A program made the translations under genes and the position numbers. A stretch of 64,000 nt of DNA, taken from NCBI GenBank assembly GCA_951406725.2, contig OX597836.1, positions 15,190,001-15,254,000 on the forward strand. Direction: 5' to 3'. Position 1 is the first letter of the stretch. The number at the start of each line of letters is the position of its first letter. The notes beneath the pieces were generated by a model. That model was not told the origin of the DNA, did no database searches, and was given only the letters and a program-made list of their open reading frames with translations. This DNA is from Octopus vulgaris. Lineage: Eukaryota. Of the stretch, positions 51,530-64,000 are shown one piece after another.

Positions 51530-53500
51530 AAAGCAATTAAGGATATGAAAATAGGGAAAGTCCCTGGCCCATCAGGAATCTCCACAGTGATGTTTGAAAT
51601 ATCTGGCAAAGTGAGATTTGGCCTCGTTACATGTATAGTTAATCCGGTTGTCCATGAGGAAGTCATACCCAACAACTGGTATAGCAGTCAACTGCTACAA
51701 AGGTAAAGGTGACACCTTATACAGAAATAATTACAAAGGTATCAAATTGCTGAACCACACCATGAAAGTTACAGAAAGGATCATAGCTCGATTAATTAGG
51801 AAGAGAGTTAGCCCACATGAGATGCAGTTTGATTTTATGCCAAGAACAAGCACTACCGATGCTGTCTTCCTGGTGAGGCAACTGTAGGAGAAGTATTTAA
51901 CCAAAAATGGATCTCTGTACTTGGCTTTTATTGACATTGAGAAAGCCTTTGACAGGATTTCCCACTCCCTTAACCCTTTTGTTACCAGCCCAGCTGAAAC
52001 CAGCTCTAGCTCTGAATACAAATGTTTTGTTTTCATAAGTTTTGAATTAAAATCTTCCATCAAACCTTAGTCACAATTTATGTTCCTAACACTAGCTTAA
52101 CCCTTTTGTTACTGTATTTATTTTGAGATGTTCTGTGTTTCTTTCAATTACTTTAAATATAACAAAATATTTAGTAAAATAACTTAGTTATCATTAAGCT
52201 AGTGTTAGGAACATAAATTGTGACTAAGGTTTGGTAGAAGATTTTAATTCAAAACTTATGTAAACAAGACATTTGTACTCAGAGCCAGAGCCAGTTTCAG
52301 CCGGGTTGGTAACGAAAGGGTTAATGATAACTAAGTTATTTTACAAAATTCTTTGTTATATTTAAAGTAATTGAAAGAAACACAGAGCATCTCAAAATAA
52401 ATACAGTAATGAAAGGGTTAACTAGTGAGAAATGTGGAATCTAGATAGGTGAGTTGTTGGTGAGAGCTATACAAGCCATGTACAAGGATGCGGTCAGTAA
52501 GGTGAAAGTTAGCAATGAATATAATGAATTTAGTGTACAGCAATGAATTTAGTGTTCACTAAGGACCAGTTCTTAGGCTCCTCTTGTTTAACACAGTCCT
52601 CCAGACCACAACTGGTATGCCCTTGGGTGCTCCTCAGTGCCAGTGCCCCGCAACCATTTGTCACTTGATGTACACTTATATTCTTTACAAAATCCGATGG
52701 CACACCCAAACAGAAAATACAATTAAAAGTATAAGGGGGAAAAATTATATCCAGGTTACACTGCGGCACACCTAGCATTGTCCCATGTGCTGTGGCATAC
52801 CTATTTCTTTACTACCCACAAGGGGCTAAACACAGAGGGGGACAAACAAGGACAGACAAATGGATTAAGTTGATTACATCGACCCCAGTGCGTAACTGGT
52901 ACTGATTTAATCGACCCCGAAAGGATGAAAGACAAAGTCGACCTCGGCGGAATTTGAACTCAGAACATAACGGCAGACGAAATACCTATTTCTTTACTAC
53001 CCACAAGGGGCTAAACATAGAGGGGGCAAACAAGGACAGACAAACGGATTAAGTCAATAACATCGACCCCAGTGCATAACTGGTACTTATTTAATTGACC
53101 CCGAAAGGATGAAAGGCAAAGTCGACCTCGGCGGAATTTGAACTCAGAACATAACGGCAGACGAAATACCTATTTCTTTACTACCCACAAGGGCTAAACA
53201 CAGAGGGGACAAACAAGGACAGACAAATGGATTAAGTCGATTACATCGACCCCAGTGCATAACTGGTACTTATTTAATCGACCCCGAAAGGATGAAAGGC
53301 AAAGTCGACCTTGGCCCAGTTGCAGAGCACTACTCTATGCTGCTGACTTTGTTCTTATTGCTGAATCACTAACAGAATGAGAGAAGAAATTTCAGGTGTG
53401 GAAGCAGGGTCTGGAATCAAAGGGTCTTAGAGTAAATTTAGCAAATACCAAAGTCCTAGTGAGTAGGAAGATGGTCCTGTTCTATATGTAGAAAAGGTGT
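51530..53500 (+). pseudogene. Decayed RTE-clade LINE reverse transcriptase, interrupted by nested MITEs and a SINE array
   Basis: KGKGD..NYKGIKLLNHTMKV..QFDFMP..STTDAVF..AFIDIEKAFD (51660-51960), then LYAADFVLIAES..GLRVNLANTKVL (about 53333-53465), with stops and frameshifts. Confidence 0.85.
51970..52421. mobile_element. TTAA MITE with an inverted copy of itself nested at an internal TTAA (52097-52324)
   Basis: The outer element is split at actagc-TTAA-tgataac; the inner copy is flanked by TTAA on both sides. Confidence 0.8.
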
Positions 53501-54107
53501 TCCATATGTAGAAAGGTGTTGATTACATTGACCCCATGCTTGGCTGGTACTTATTTCATTGTCCCCGAAAGGATGAAAGGTAAAGTTAACTTCAGCGGAA
53601 TTTGAACTCAGAACATAGACTGACAAAATGCAGCATTTTGTCTAGCAAGCTAACAATTCTGTAGGATATAATATAATCATATGATGCAGGTATAGAGGCT
53701 GCAATGACCACAGAGTACATTTAATAAATTATATAAGAGTTTTGTGCTGGTACCATGTAAAAGGCACTTGTGCCAGTACCACATGAGGGTGCTCATGTGG
53801 TGCTACGTTAAAAGCATACGCTGTATGCTTTTAACATGTGGTGTTAGGAAGGGCATCTAGCTGTAGAAACCAAGGCAAATCAGACTAGAACTTGGTGTGG
53901 CTGTCCAGCTTGCCAGCTCTGATCAGCATATCAGTATGGAAAACAGACCTTAAAAGGATGGCGATCGATCGATCGATCATCATGATAAGGAGAGAAAAGC
54001 AAAAGTGATTAATTTAAGAAAGAGATCAAAAGTGAAAAAAAGACAAAGAGAAACATAGTGGTGGTGATGGTGATGGTGGCGGTGGCGGCAGCAGCAGTAG
54101 CAGTAGC

Positions 54108-54156
<49 letters not shown>

Positions 54157-54299
54157 AGGCGGGTGGTCTTCTCTGTAAAGTGCAGATGAAATGATCACCA
54201 ATGGCAAAATTTTATTAGAATTTGTCAAGGAATACAGATTTGTGTAAATGTGATTAGTGGGGTGGGAGATAAGGGAGAGGAAGGTGTGATAGTAGGTGA

Positions 54300-55140
54300 C
54301 CTAGGATGTGGATCATTGGAGAGATAGAAAGAAGAGGAGGGAGAGGGAGGGAGGTGTAAAGTAATTGATAAGAGAAGAGAGATATGGCCTGAGAGATTTA
54401 TTTTTACACTTCTATATTTCTAAAGAGAGAGAAGTGAAACTTGACGGGAGGAGGCAAAGACTAGGAGAAAGAGAGAAACAAGGACAGACAGAGAGAAGGA
54501 GAGAAAGAGACAGCCTGACAGACAGACAGTGACAGAGAAATGGATGGTGAGAGAATCAAATAAAATGAGATAGAACAGAGTACAGAGTAGACAAAACAGA
54601 AATGAGACAAGATAAAAAGAGAGAGAGACAGAGAGCAGGTGAGAGACAGAGAGAGACAGACAGACAGATAGACAGAGAAAGAGAAACAGGGGTGACGTAA
54701 GATAAAGAGGTAGAGAGAAGTAGAGAGTAAGAGAGAGAAGTGAAACTAGATAAAGTGCAAAAAGAAAGACAGAGAGAATAGAGAGAAGGAAGGAGGAAAG
54801 AGGTTAGAGAGAGAAAGAAAGAAAGGAAGGAAGGAAGGAAGGAAGACAGAAAAAAGAAAAAGAAAGAAAGAAAGAAAGAAAGAAGGAAAGAAAGAAAGAA
54901 AGGAAGGAAGAAAAATGAAAAAGAAAGAAAGAAAAAAAAGAAAGAAAGAAAGAGAGAAAGAAAGAAAGAAAGAAAGAAAGGAAGGAAGGAAGGAAGAAAA
55001 GAAAGAAAGAAAGAAAAAGAAAGAAGGAAAGAAAGTAAGAGGGAAAGAATGAAAGCGGGAAAGAAAGAAAGACAGAAAGAAAGGAAGAAAGAAAGAAAGG
55101 AAGGAAGAAAACAAAGAAAGAAAGAAAGAAGAGATAGTGA
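54300..55140. repeat. Polypurine (GA)n/(GAAA)n/(GGAA)n tract
   Basis: Direct reading; about 800 nt strongly purine-biased on the plus strand. Confidence 0.9.
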
Positions 55141-55691
55141 TAAATGTATTCGAAGGTCATGTACTAAGCAGGCTTTCTTCCACATGTTCACAGCTACATG
55201 AGCTACTACATGTTTTTAGGATAAATATAAAATAAATTTATCGGTGCGGGGTGGGTGGGGGGTATCTTTTATCTTTTACTTGATTTAGTCATTAGTCTGT
55301 GGCGGCCAAGCTGGGGCACCACTTTGAAGGATTTAGTCAAACATATCAACCCCAGTAGTTATTTTTCTTTTTTTTTTTTTTTTGGTTCTTATTTTATAGG
55401 TCTCTTTTCACTGAAGCACTAAGTTATGGGATTATAAATAAACCAACACCTGCTGTCAAGTAGTGGTGGGGAACAAACACACACATAAAACCACACACAC
55501 ACACTCACACACACCCATACATACTACATATAATATGTGTAAACAAACCAGGAAGGCTTTGTAAATTATGGAGAGAATGTTACTATGGAAGACCCATAGT
55601 ATAATAATAACTGTATATATAATAATATATATTCTCCGATTTGAAGCGACAATTTTTAAATACAAACAAATGACCGTAAAATGATGAGCTA

Positions 55692-55762
55692 ACTCAAGCC
55701 AGAATCGAACCCACAAATCAATGCTTACACGGCTCCTTGCGCATCCAATTGGGCCAAACATT
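55692..55762 (-). mobile_element. Isolated tRNA-like SINE head or tRNA pseudogene
   Basis: Reverse complement has A box tggcccaattgg and B box ggttcgattc, but no proper acceptor stem. Confidence 0.45.
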
Positions 55763-55813
55763 CACCCATGAATTTCCAGCCAACTTTAATGAATAAAGAC
55801 TTAAACTGTCTAA

Positions 55814-56212
55814 TCTTTATATATAAAAGTCAAGTTGTGTGTCTGTCTCCTACGATTTAGATTCCTAACTACTCCCACATTTTGCGGTGCAGTTTAACCA
55901 AAACCGGGTATCTTATAGTCGTGATTCATATCGAGCCCTTCTGGGTATTAGCGCGCATCTACGATGAGTCTACGATTTAAAAAAAAATTTACCATCATTT
56001 TTTTCCATTTTAATGCATTTTTTTCGATATTATATAAGGGAAGTAACTCTCTAAAAATGTCTACAATGAGTCAACGATTAAAAAAAAAATTTACCATAAT
56101 TTTTTTTCCATTTTTAATGCATTTTTTTGCTATATTTTGGCTATAACTCTCTAAAAATGCTTATATAGTTATTTCCCTTACAAACCCGAGCAACGCCGGG
56201 CGATACTGCTAG
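55814..56212 (+). mobile_element. Non-autonomous Helitron, same family
   Basis: TCtttatatataaaag...cccgagcaacgccgggcgatactgCTAG. Confidence 0.85.
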
Positions 56213-57274
56213 AACTACATATAATATCTATAAACGACCCAGAAAGGCTTTGTAAGTTACGGAGAGAAAGTTACTATGAAAGACTCATAACATTTGACAG
56301 AGTCATGTAATTTTAGTCAATCAAAAGCCTCCGTTGCTGACATATCATGTGTTGAATATCTATCGCCATAGAGATCATTACACACAATGAAGATGAAGCA
56401 TTTATGCAGTCTCTTTGTAAGTAGAAAAAGGAGATCAGGACCAACTGGTTTCAATCTTTTTAACTACTTCATAAGAAATCTTAGCAGCATTTCGTCTGTC
56501 TTTACATTCTGAGTTCAAATTCCACCGAGGTTGATTTTTGCCTTTCATCCTTTCGGGGGTTGATAAAATAAGTACCAGTTGCGCACTGAGGGGAGGTGGG
56601 TGGGGTCAATGTAATCAACTTAGCCCCCTTCCCCAAAACTGCTGGCCTTGTGCTAAAATTTGAAATAATTTACTATTACTAATTAGCCACCACTGTTATT
56701 GCCACTATCACCACTATTACCACCACCACCACCACCACCACCACTTATCACTGTTATCATTACCACCACCACCACCCGTTCATTACCCATCACTGTTCCT
56801 ATCATCACTAACAACATCACCACCACTACCACTACTGCCACTGTTTATCACTGTTACCAAGCCACCCATCACATCCCACCACCACCACCACCACCACCAC
56901 CACAAAGAGCATCTGTTAATATTGGTTGCTGATAAGAAATCAAGTGAGGAACACCTGCGATTGTCACCATGACTCAATAACATGTTGTCATAGTGTTTGT
57001 CCTAATAAACACCAATCCTAACCATTCGGGGAGTGGTGCCTGTAATATGATACAGATATCTTCATTTATCACAAGCGAAGTAAGGAAGGTCGTTTCCAAA
57101 AATCCCCACCAAAACAATCAAACAAACGAAAATGTCCACAGAGAAAAATTAATCATCTCTGTAGACTTATTAAATGGAATGAGTGAAAGATTAATTAATT
57201 ATTTTTTTCTCTCTAGTTTCAGCTCAGAGCTGTGGCCATGCTGATGCACCGCCGTTTTTGCTACACTGTTATTA

Positions 57275-57850
57275 CTAAGAGCCTCCTCTAATATGTGGCA
57301 CTTGGTGAAGCATGAAGTTTGATATAGCTACCCTCATTTGCACCTCTTGCCGTGAGGTAGGTTCATCTGGGACTCTTGACAGGAAGAGGGCCAGCTTTGA
57401 TTTAAAAACCCCTACATCTACTTTGTGCAAGTTCCTCAGACTCTTTGGGAGAATATTAAAAAGCAGTGGGCCCTTGAAACCCAGGCTGTTGCAGTAACTG
57501 GTCCTGAAGCATGATGGCATTGCTGGGACCTTTGGCACTATGCAGTGTCGTCCTGTTCTGGCATTGGTGTAGCTTTCAATGCCAAAATTTGGCACAATTC
57601 CTTCCAGGATCTTCCAGATATATATTACTGCATACCTCTCCCGTCTTCTCTCCAGGGAGTAGAGTCTTAACTGTGTCAACCTTTCCCAGTAGCTGAGCTG
57701 TTCCAAAAAGACGATCTTTGCAAATCTTCTCTGGATTGCTTCAAGGTCCGCTGTTAATTTCACACTGGTGGGTGAGTAGTAATCCAGGCGGCTGAGGATG
57801 AATGGCCACCAGAGGACCATCATGGTTTCCTTATCTCTGGTTCTGAATGT
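57275..57850 (-). pseudogene. CR1/L2-group LINE ORF2 C-terminal fragment
   Basis: LSRLDYYSP..LEAIQRRF..LSYWERLTQLRLYSLERRRER..FNILPKSLR..FKSKL, typical of the CR1/L2 post-RT region. Confidence 0.8.
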
Positions 57851-58279
57851 CAAACTCAGAGCAGTGAGTCTGACATCACAGTAGCTTACAGCAGTGAAGC
57901 TTCCACCATCATGATTTTCTTGACCACATCCACCTTTCCCTGAAGAGAACAAACTTGTCTGCATCATTTGTTATGATCAGACACATTCACATTAGAATGA
58001 ATAGTTGATCCACTGACATCAGACTTACGGTCCAGAGCAGGACACTGAAGCAGGATTCCGGGACACTGGTGTCAATGAATCAAATGTGTTATTAGCACAT
58101 ATTTCTCAGAAAGGAAAGGTTGTTCTCTTCTGATGTACACAACAGTAATTAGCATATTTTGCATTTGAATCTCCTGGAACATACTACGAATAAATATGTG
58201 AGTCATCATATTTCGTCATCATCATCATCATTTAACATCCGTTTTCCGTGCTAGCACGGGTTGGATGGTTCGACTGGGG

Positions 58280-58632
58280 TACATTAAATATCAAAAAAAT
58301 AAAGGCTTTGGAGCAGTTTGAATGGGAAACAATGTCCCACCCACCATATTTGCCAGACACTGCCCCATCTGATTATCATTTATTCTGCAATCTTCAAAAT
58401 CATTTGAACGGAAAGAATATGAATTCTGTAGATGAGGTCAGAACAATACTGGAGGAGTATTTTTCATCACGGACAAGTGAATTTGGGAAGAGAGGCCTTG
58501 CAAGTCTACCAGACAGATGGAAGAAGCATTATAGAAAATGAAGGAGAGATTAAAAAGGAACTTTGCTTATTTTAATTTTGAAAAATAAAAGAAGTATTTA
58601 AAAAAATACATTATTTATGGAGTGACCCAATA
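58280..58632 (+). mobile_element. Mariner transposase C-terminal remnant with right TIR
   Basis: HPPYLPDTAPSDYHLF (degenerate YSPDLAPSDYHLF)...LPDRW; ends ttatttatggagtgacccaaTA. Confidence 0.85.
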
Positions 58633-59517
58633 TGTTCAAACTGGCCAGATTCTGCCTTTTACACCTACCTAACAATGTTATTGTAAAAATAAGCAATTAC
58701 AACATCAAAATCTTAAAGCTACAAGATAATACATGATTAATTCAAAACAATGCAACAAATATTAAATTTGATAAAGTAATCTGAACACAAAAGGTTAAAT
58801 CCTTCAATATGGTGCCCCAGCATGGCCGCAGTCCAATCATTGAAACGAGTAAAAGATAAAGGAAGATAAAAGACACCAGAACTCTCACACTGAAGACCTA
58901 ATTATTGAGTTTGATGTCCTGCTGGAATTTCAGAGAAATCTTATCAATTTCATTAATTGTTTTATTTCATCTTCCTTTTCCTCGTAAAGACGACTACTTT
59001 CAAATTTCTTGGAATCTGGCTGTTTTATTTCCTTTCAGACGGTTAATAAGTGCTTAAAGGAAATTATAAAAACAGATAACAGTTAAAAGATCTGGTATAA
59101 GCGATTCAGGTAAACAACTGCATACACACACGCATCAGCCTGCAGTTTCTAACCTCATGGCTATCTGTCACATATACTGGTATGGACATGTCCTCTGTCT
59201 CCAGCTGTTGGCTGCAAGAGGCCTCATGGCAAGCCCTAAACCAGATGGGTGGACATGGCTGGCAGAGATCTCCAGAGGCTCGGCATCACTTTGGAGGATG
59301 CAGAATGGCTGGCATGGGACCACCAGTGATGGAGAGCACTGATGGATCTGGCCGGCTTTATGAAAAGCACCCACTACACTCACGGAGTGGTTGGCGTTAG
59401 GAAGGGCATCCAGCCATAGAAACACTGCCAGATCTGACTGGGCCTGATGCAGCCTTCCGGCTTCACAGACCCCAGTTGAACCGTCCAACCCATGCTAGCA
59501 TGGAAAACGGACGCTAA

Positions 59518-59571
<54 letters not shown>

Positions 59572-59820
59572 TCTCTGGGACCACTAGCTCCATCAAGCAA
59601 GAGCATGAAGCCAGCCATAATTCCAGTCTTTTTTCTACAGAAGTGCCAAGAACGGGATTACGTTCCACTGATACTGTAACCCTTCACCTACAGACTTTCA
59701 ACTTTGTGCTAACATAAATATATCATTATGAATGTTGGTAGCCTGTGAAGATAGCTGAGATACTAGAACTGTATTTAGATTCATAGTTCTATATTCTGGG
59801 TGATAAATCTGGAAAATTCT

Positions 59821-59854
<34 letters not shown>

Positions 59855-60701
59855 CTTTTCATTCAGTTACATATAGCTCTCATCCACCAACTACAAATTC
59901 CTGGCCTATTGCCAAAGTGAGAGATCATGTGTGTGTGTGTGTGTGTAGTGATGTGCATGCATACATTTATGTACACATATACATACATAAATTATGTACA
60001 TACAAACATACATTCATTTATTTATGCATACATACATATACATATTCAAACATATATAGTCATGCAATACATGCATAGATTTATAATACACTGATATACA
60101 CATTCGTACATATATGTATAAATACATATACATACATGAACAGAGCACGACTGCCGAAGCTGGCCGTGACGGCTGGAGGCACCAGCCCCCGGCGGAAGTG
60201 GGAGAGGAAAGAAGGAAGAGTGAGAAGAGTGGACGATCATGGAGCCGCAAAGCGTGCAGCACCGTCGGCCGAGCGCCCTGGTTGTCGGGCTGGTGTCGGC
60301 TGGATGGCTGTTGCGCAGTCGACAGCAGCAGTGAGAGCGGCACGTTGCACACACTTTGTTGTGTGCATCAGCAGTTCAAACACACCAACTCAACCACGTA
60401 TTTAGAAACCCAGAGCACTCTCTTAACACAAAAAATCTTGTCACTTTGTTAGTGACCAGCTTGAACTTTCTGAAGAAGAACTTCAATAAACCTCAAAGTA
60501 AGACACATACATTCATATACAGCATATACAGGAAGGGTGTTGGGAAGGGCATCCAGCTGTAGAAACCATACCAAAATAGACATGGAGCCTGAGCAGCCCT
60601 TCAGCTGGTCAGCCTTTGTCAAACCATCCAACCATGCCAGCATGGAAAACAGATGTTAAAGAATGATGATGATGATGATGATGATATATACATATATATA
60701 C

Positions 60702-60774
<73 letters not shown>

Positions 60775-61071
60775 CATACATACATATATATATTTTGTTT
60801 ATTCATTACTGTTTTCAATTTCGTTTTCGTCTCTTGTATTTACATCCGTCTTGTGCGTTCACATTCCTGTCTTCTACCAAGAAATCTAACGCTTACAGCT
60901 TAGTTTTTTTTCTTGGGGCTGGCCGAGTTGGAGTAAATATCAGAATTGAACAGCCGAAATTTGCTATGATGATTCGGTGTCTGACTGAAGATTGAAGGCT
61001 TCGAATGATTTGTCTGTGTTCCGTGTTCGTCCCTTCCTGTATTTCACGTTCATTATATATAAAAACATTTA

Positions 61072-61118
<47 letters not shown>

Positions 61119-61124
<6 letters not shown>

Positions 61125-61240
61125 GAAAGAATGGAGTTGAACGACGAATTAACAAAATTCCTTTATTTTATTTTATTTTATTTGAAAATAAAATAAAAGA
61201 ATTTTGTTAATTCGTCGTTCAACTCCATTCTTTCATTTAT
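61119..61240. repeat. Near-perfect palindrome, about 55-bp arms
   Basis: ataaatgaaagaatggagttgaacgacgaattaacaaaattc versus gaattttgttaattcgtcgttcaactccattctttcatttat. Confidence 0.95.
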
Positions 61241-61390
61241 TTGTATTAAAAAAACACACAAATTTCCACACGATAGCACATGATCTCTGCCCTAGGCATG
61301 TAGCTTCAACCGTGTTTTTCTGACGTGAAGTTGCTACCCAGGTATCGGTTAACCGAATTATCCATACTAAGATAATTCATTCAACTACTC

Positions 61391-61426
<36 letters not shown>

Positions 61427-64000
61427 GTGTGTGTGTGTGTCTTTTATCTTATATATGTCTCATCCACTAGCTTGTGGTCATGCTGGATGAATTGACTCTA
61501 GTGCTTATTTTTATTTTTAAGCCAGGTACTTATTTTATCGGTCTCTTTTGTCAAACTGCTAGGTTACAAGAACATAAACACACCAACACCAGTTATCAAG
61601 CAGTGGTGAGGGACAAACACAGACAAAAAGACACACACACTCACTCACTCACACACACACACAATGGGCTTCTAAGGCTTTGGCTGGCCTAAGGCTACAA
61701 TAGATGACAATTGCAACTGTGTGTGTATGAGTGTGTCCTTCACCATTGCCTGACAACCAGTGTTGGTGTGTTTATATCCCTGTACCCTAGCAATTCATCA
61801 AAAGAAATGCCAAATTTAAACATAAACACATACTGAGGTTGGTTCATTCGACTAAAATTCTTCAAAGCAGTGCCCCAGCATGGCCACAGTCTAGTGACTG
61901 ATACAAGCAAATGATAAATGATAAAAGATGGAAGATGGTCAAAACACTTAACCAAGGGCCAATAGTAATGATCCTTACAAGCACACACACACACACACAC
62001 ACAAACACACACCACACACACACACCACACACACACACACGTCCATTTTATATATCAACTTTCAATTTCTTCTCTCCGCAAATAAAATTTTTACGGATAC
62101 AACAGCTTTTAACCCTTTAGTATTTAAACCGGCCATATCCGGCCAAAATAGCTAATCCGTTTTATGTTCAAACTGACAAGATCCAGGCTCTCACACCTAC
62201 CCTACAATGTTATTCTACATTAAGTAATTATACCATCAAGATCTTGAAGATATGAGATAATGCATGATTAATTCAAATCAATGGGAATCGATAAGCATTA
62301 TGTTTGATTGAATAATCTGAACATTAAAGGGTTAAAAATAGGGATTAATGTATAATTTCTTTCTATGTTCATAACTAAATCAATGTTTTAATGATTAGAC
62401 AGAGGTCCACAAGAATAGCTCTCAGAAACAGACTAAGTACATACATACAAATTCGTTCTTCACAACTCCTGAAGCTGTTTTCCAACAATTGTAGGGAGTC
62501 AGGAAATTTTCATACAGCTGAAGGCTCCAATTGAAAAGGGGACCCAAAATGATAAGGTTGAGAAACGCTGTTATAGATTATGCCTAACCGAAAACGATCA
62601 CAACCACATCATCCAAACAGACCTGATGAAAGCGGGCTTAGCTGCAAATATACATATATATATATATTTCTTTACTACCCACAAGGGGCTAAACACAGAG
62701 GGGACAAACAAGGACAGACAAAGAGATTAAGTCGATTACATCGACCCCAGTGCGTAACTGGTACTTAATATATCGACCCCGAAAGGGATGAAAGGCAAAG
62801 TCGACCTCGGCGGAACTTGAACTCGGAACGTAAGGACAGATGAAATACGGCTACGCATTTCACCCAGCGTGCTAACGTTTCTGCCAGCTCGCCAGCTGTG
62901 TGTATATCTTTGTGTCTGTGTTTGTATCTCTCACCACTGCTTGACAACCAGTGTTGGTGTGTTTACATCCTCATAACCTAATAGTTTGGCAAAAGAGACT
63001 GACAGAAGTGCCGGGCTTAAAAATAAAATGAAGCAAACTTCGTATCACACAGCGACACTGATTAAAAACATAAAAAGCACCATTTGAGCATGGCCGTTGC
63101 CAGTACCGCCTGACTGGCCCTCATGCCGGTGGCACGCAAAAAGCACCCACTACACTCTCGGAGTGGTTGGCGTTAGGAAGGGCATCCGGCTGTAGAAACT
63201 CTGCCAGATCAAGATTGGAGTCTGGTGCAGCCATCTGGTTCGCCAGACCTCAATCAAATCGTCCAACCCATGCTAGCATGGAAAGCAGATGTTAAACGAC
63301 GACGATGATGATGATGATGATGATGATGATTAATATAATTGTAGGGCTCTTGCCTAAAGAATGGCTAAACAGAATACTGGAATTTTTTTACATCCAACTC
63401 ATGTACACTGTTATTTGGCTCTGTTTATGGTAAAAGTTGGCTTTAATCTGGCTCCATATGGTCAATATTATGGTTAATGAAACCATATATGTTACAGCTA
63501 TTTATGATGTGTTCCTTAGGCCTTCCTGGGCTGAGTGAGAGAAATAGTGCTTTTAGAACCCATTCCTACATTTTACAGATAGCTCTTTGCTGTTCTAGTT
63601 TTAATAAAACTAAACCCCTTTGGATAGTGGCCAAGGAAATTAGTTGATACAATCAGAGCAAAGATATCGGCAATGTTGAATTTGGTGAAGAGAGATTAGA
63701 AGATGGATCAGGCGATAACCTAAAATGACTAAAATATACTAAAGATTATGTGTATGTGTAAAATGTAACATACTATTTTGAAAATGGTAATAACATTTAC
63801 TTTTATCACTTCATTAATGGACCTCTTATCTTGTGAAGCCCTAGAAATTTTTTCATGGCACCTTGGAGCCTACTTCTGTTCTAAGATACCATATACGTCT
63901 GAGTATTTGAAGGTAGTTTTTCATGTAATGGCAAGGACTGTAGGGGTCATAGCTTGTTGTGGCATAAAACTGAAAGGATGAAAGGCAAGTTAAGTACCAG

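Noticed and set aside
63570-63730. Possible exon after ttttacag
   Set aside because: All frames close quickly, no recognisable peptide and no clear donor.

Overview
AT-rich, microsatellite- and SINE-dense eukaryotic genomic DNA whose repeat landscape looks like an octopus (coleoid cephalopod; taxon inferred, not proven). Two protein-coding genes were reconstructed by hand from GT-AG exons. SDHB (succinate dehydrogenase Fe-S subunit) is complete on the minus strand: 9 coding exons, 22566 to 5876, 292 aa. The last two exons of a WD40 gene resembling FBXW9 lie on the plus strand (466-642, 1541-1621), convergent with SDHB. From about 23 kb to the end I found no supportable gene, only SINEs, MITEs, Helitrons, decayed LINE and mariner fragments and simple repeats. 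The most striking unannotated signal is a set of sequence-diverse, Penelope/retrozyme-style type I hammerhead ribozyme (HHR) motifs, mostly in or beside (TA)n tracts. They include two canonical-core copies (35766-35816, 36877-36935), a tandem retrozyme-like unit of about 209 nt (42811-43037), and a foldback family whose core reads GUGAACA, a compensatory G3-C8 swap of CUGANGA (25655-25705, 38344-38466). All folds were done by eye; no searches or computations were run.
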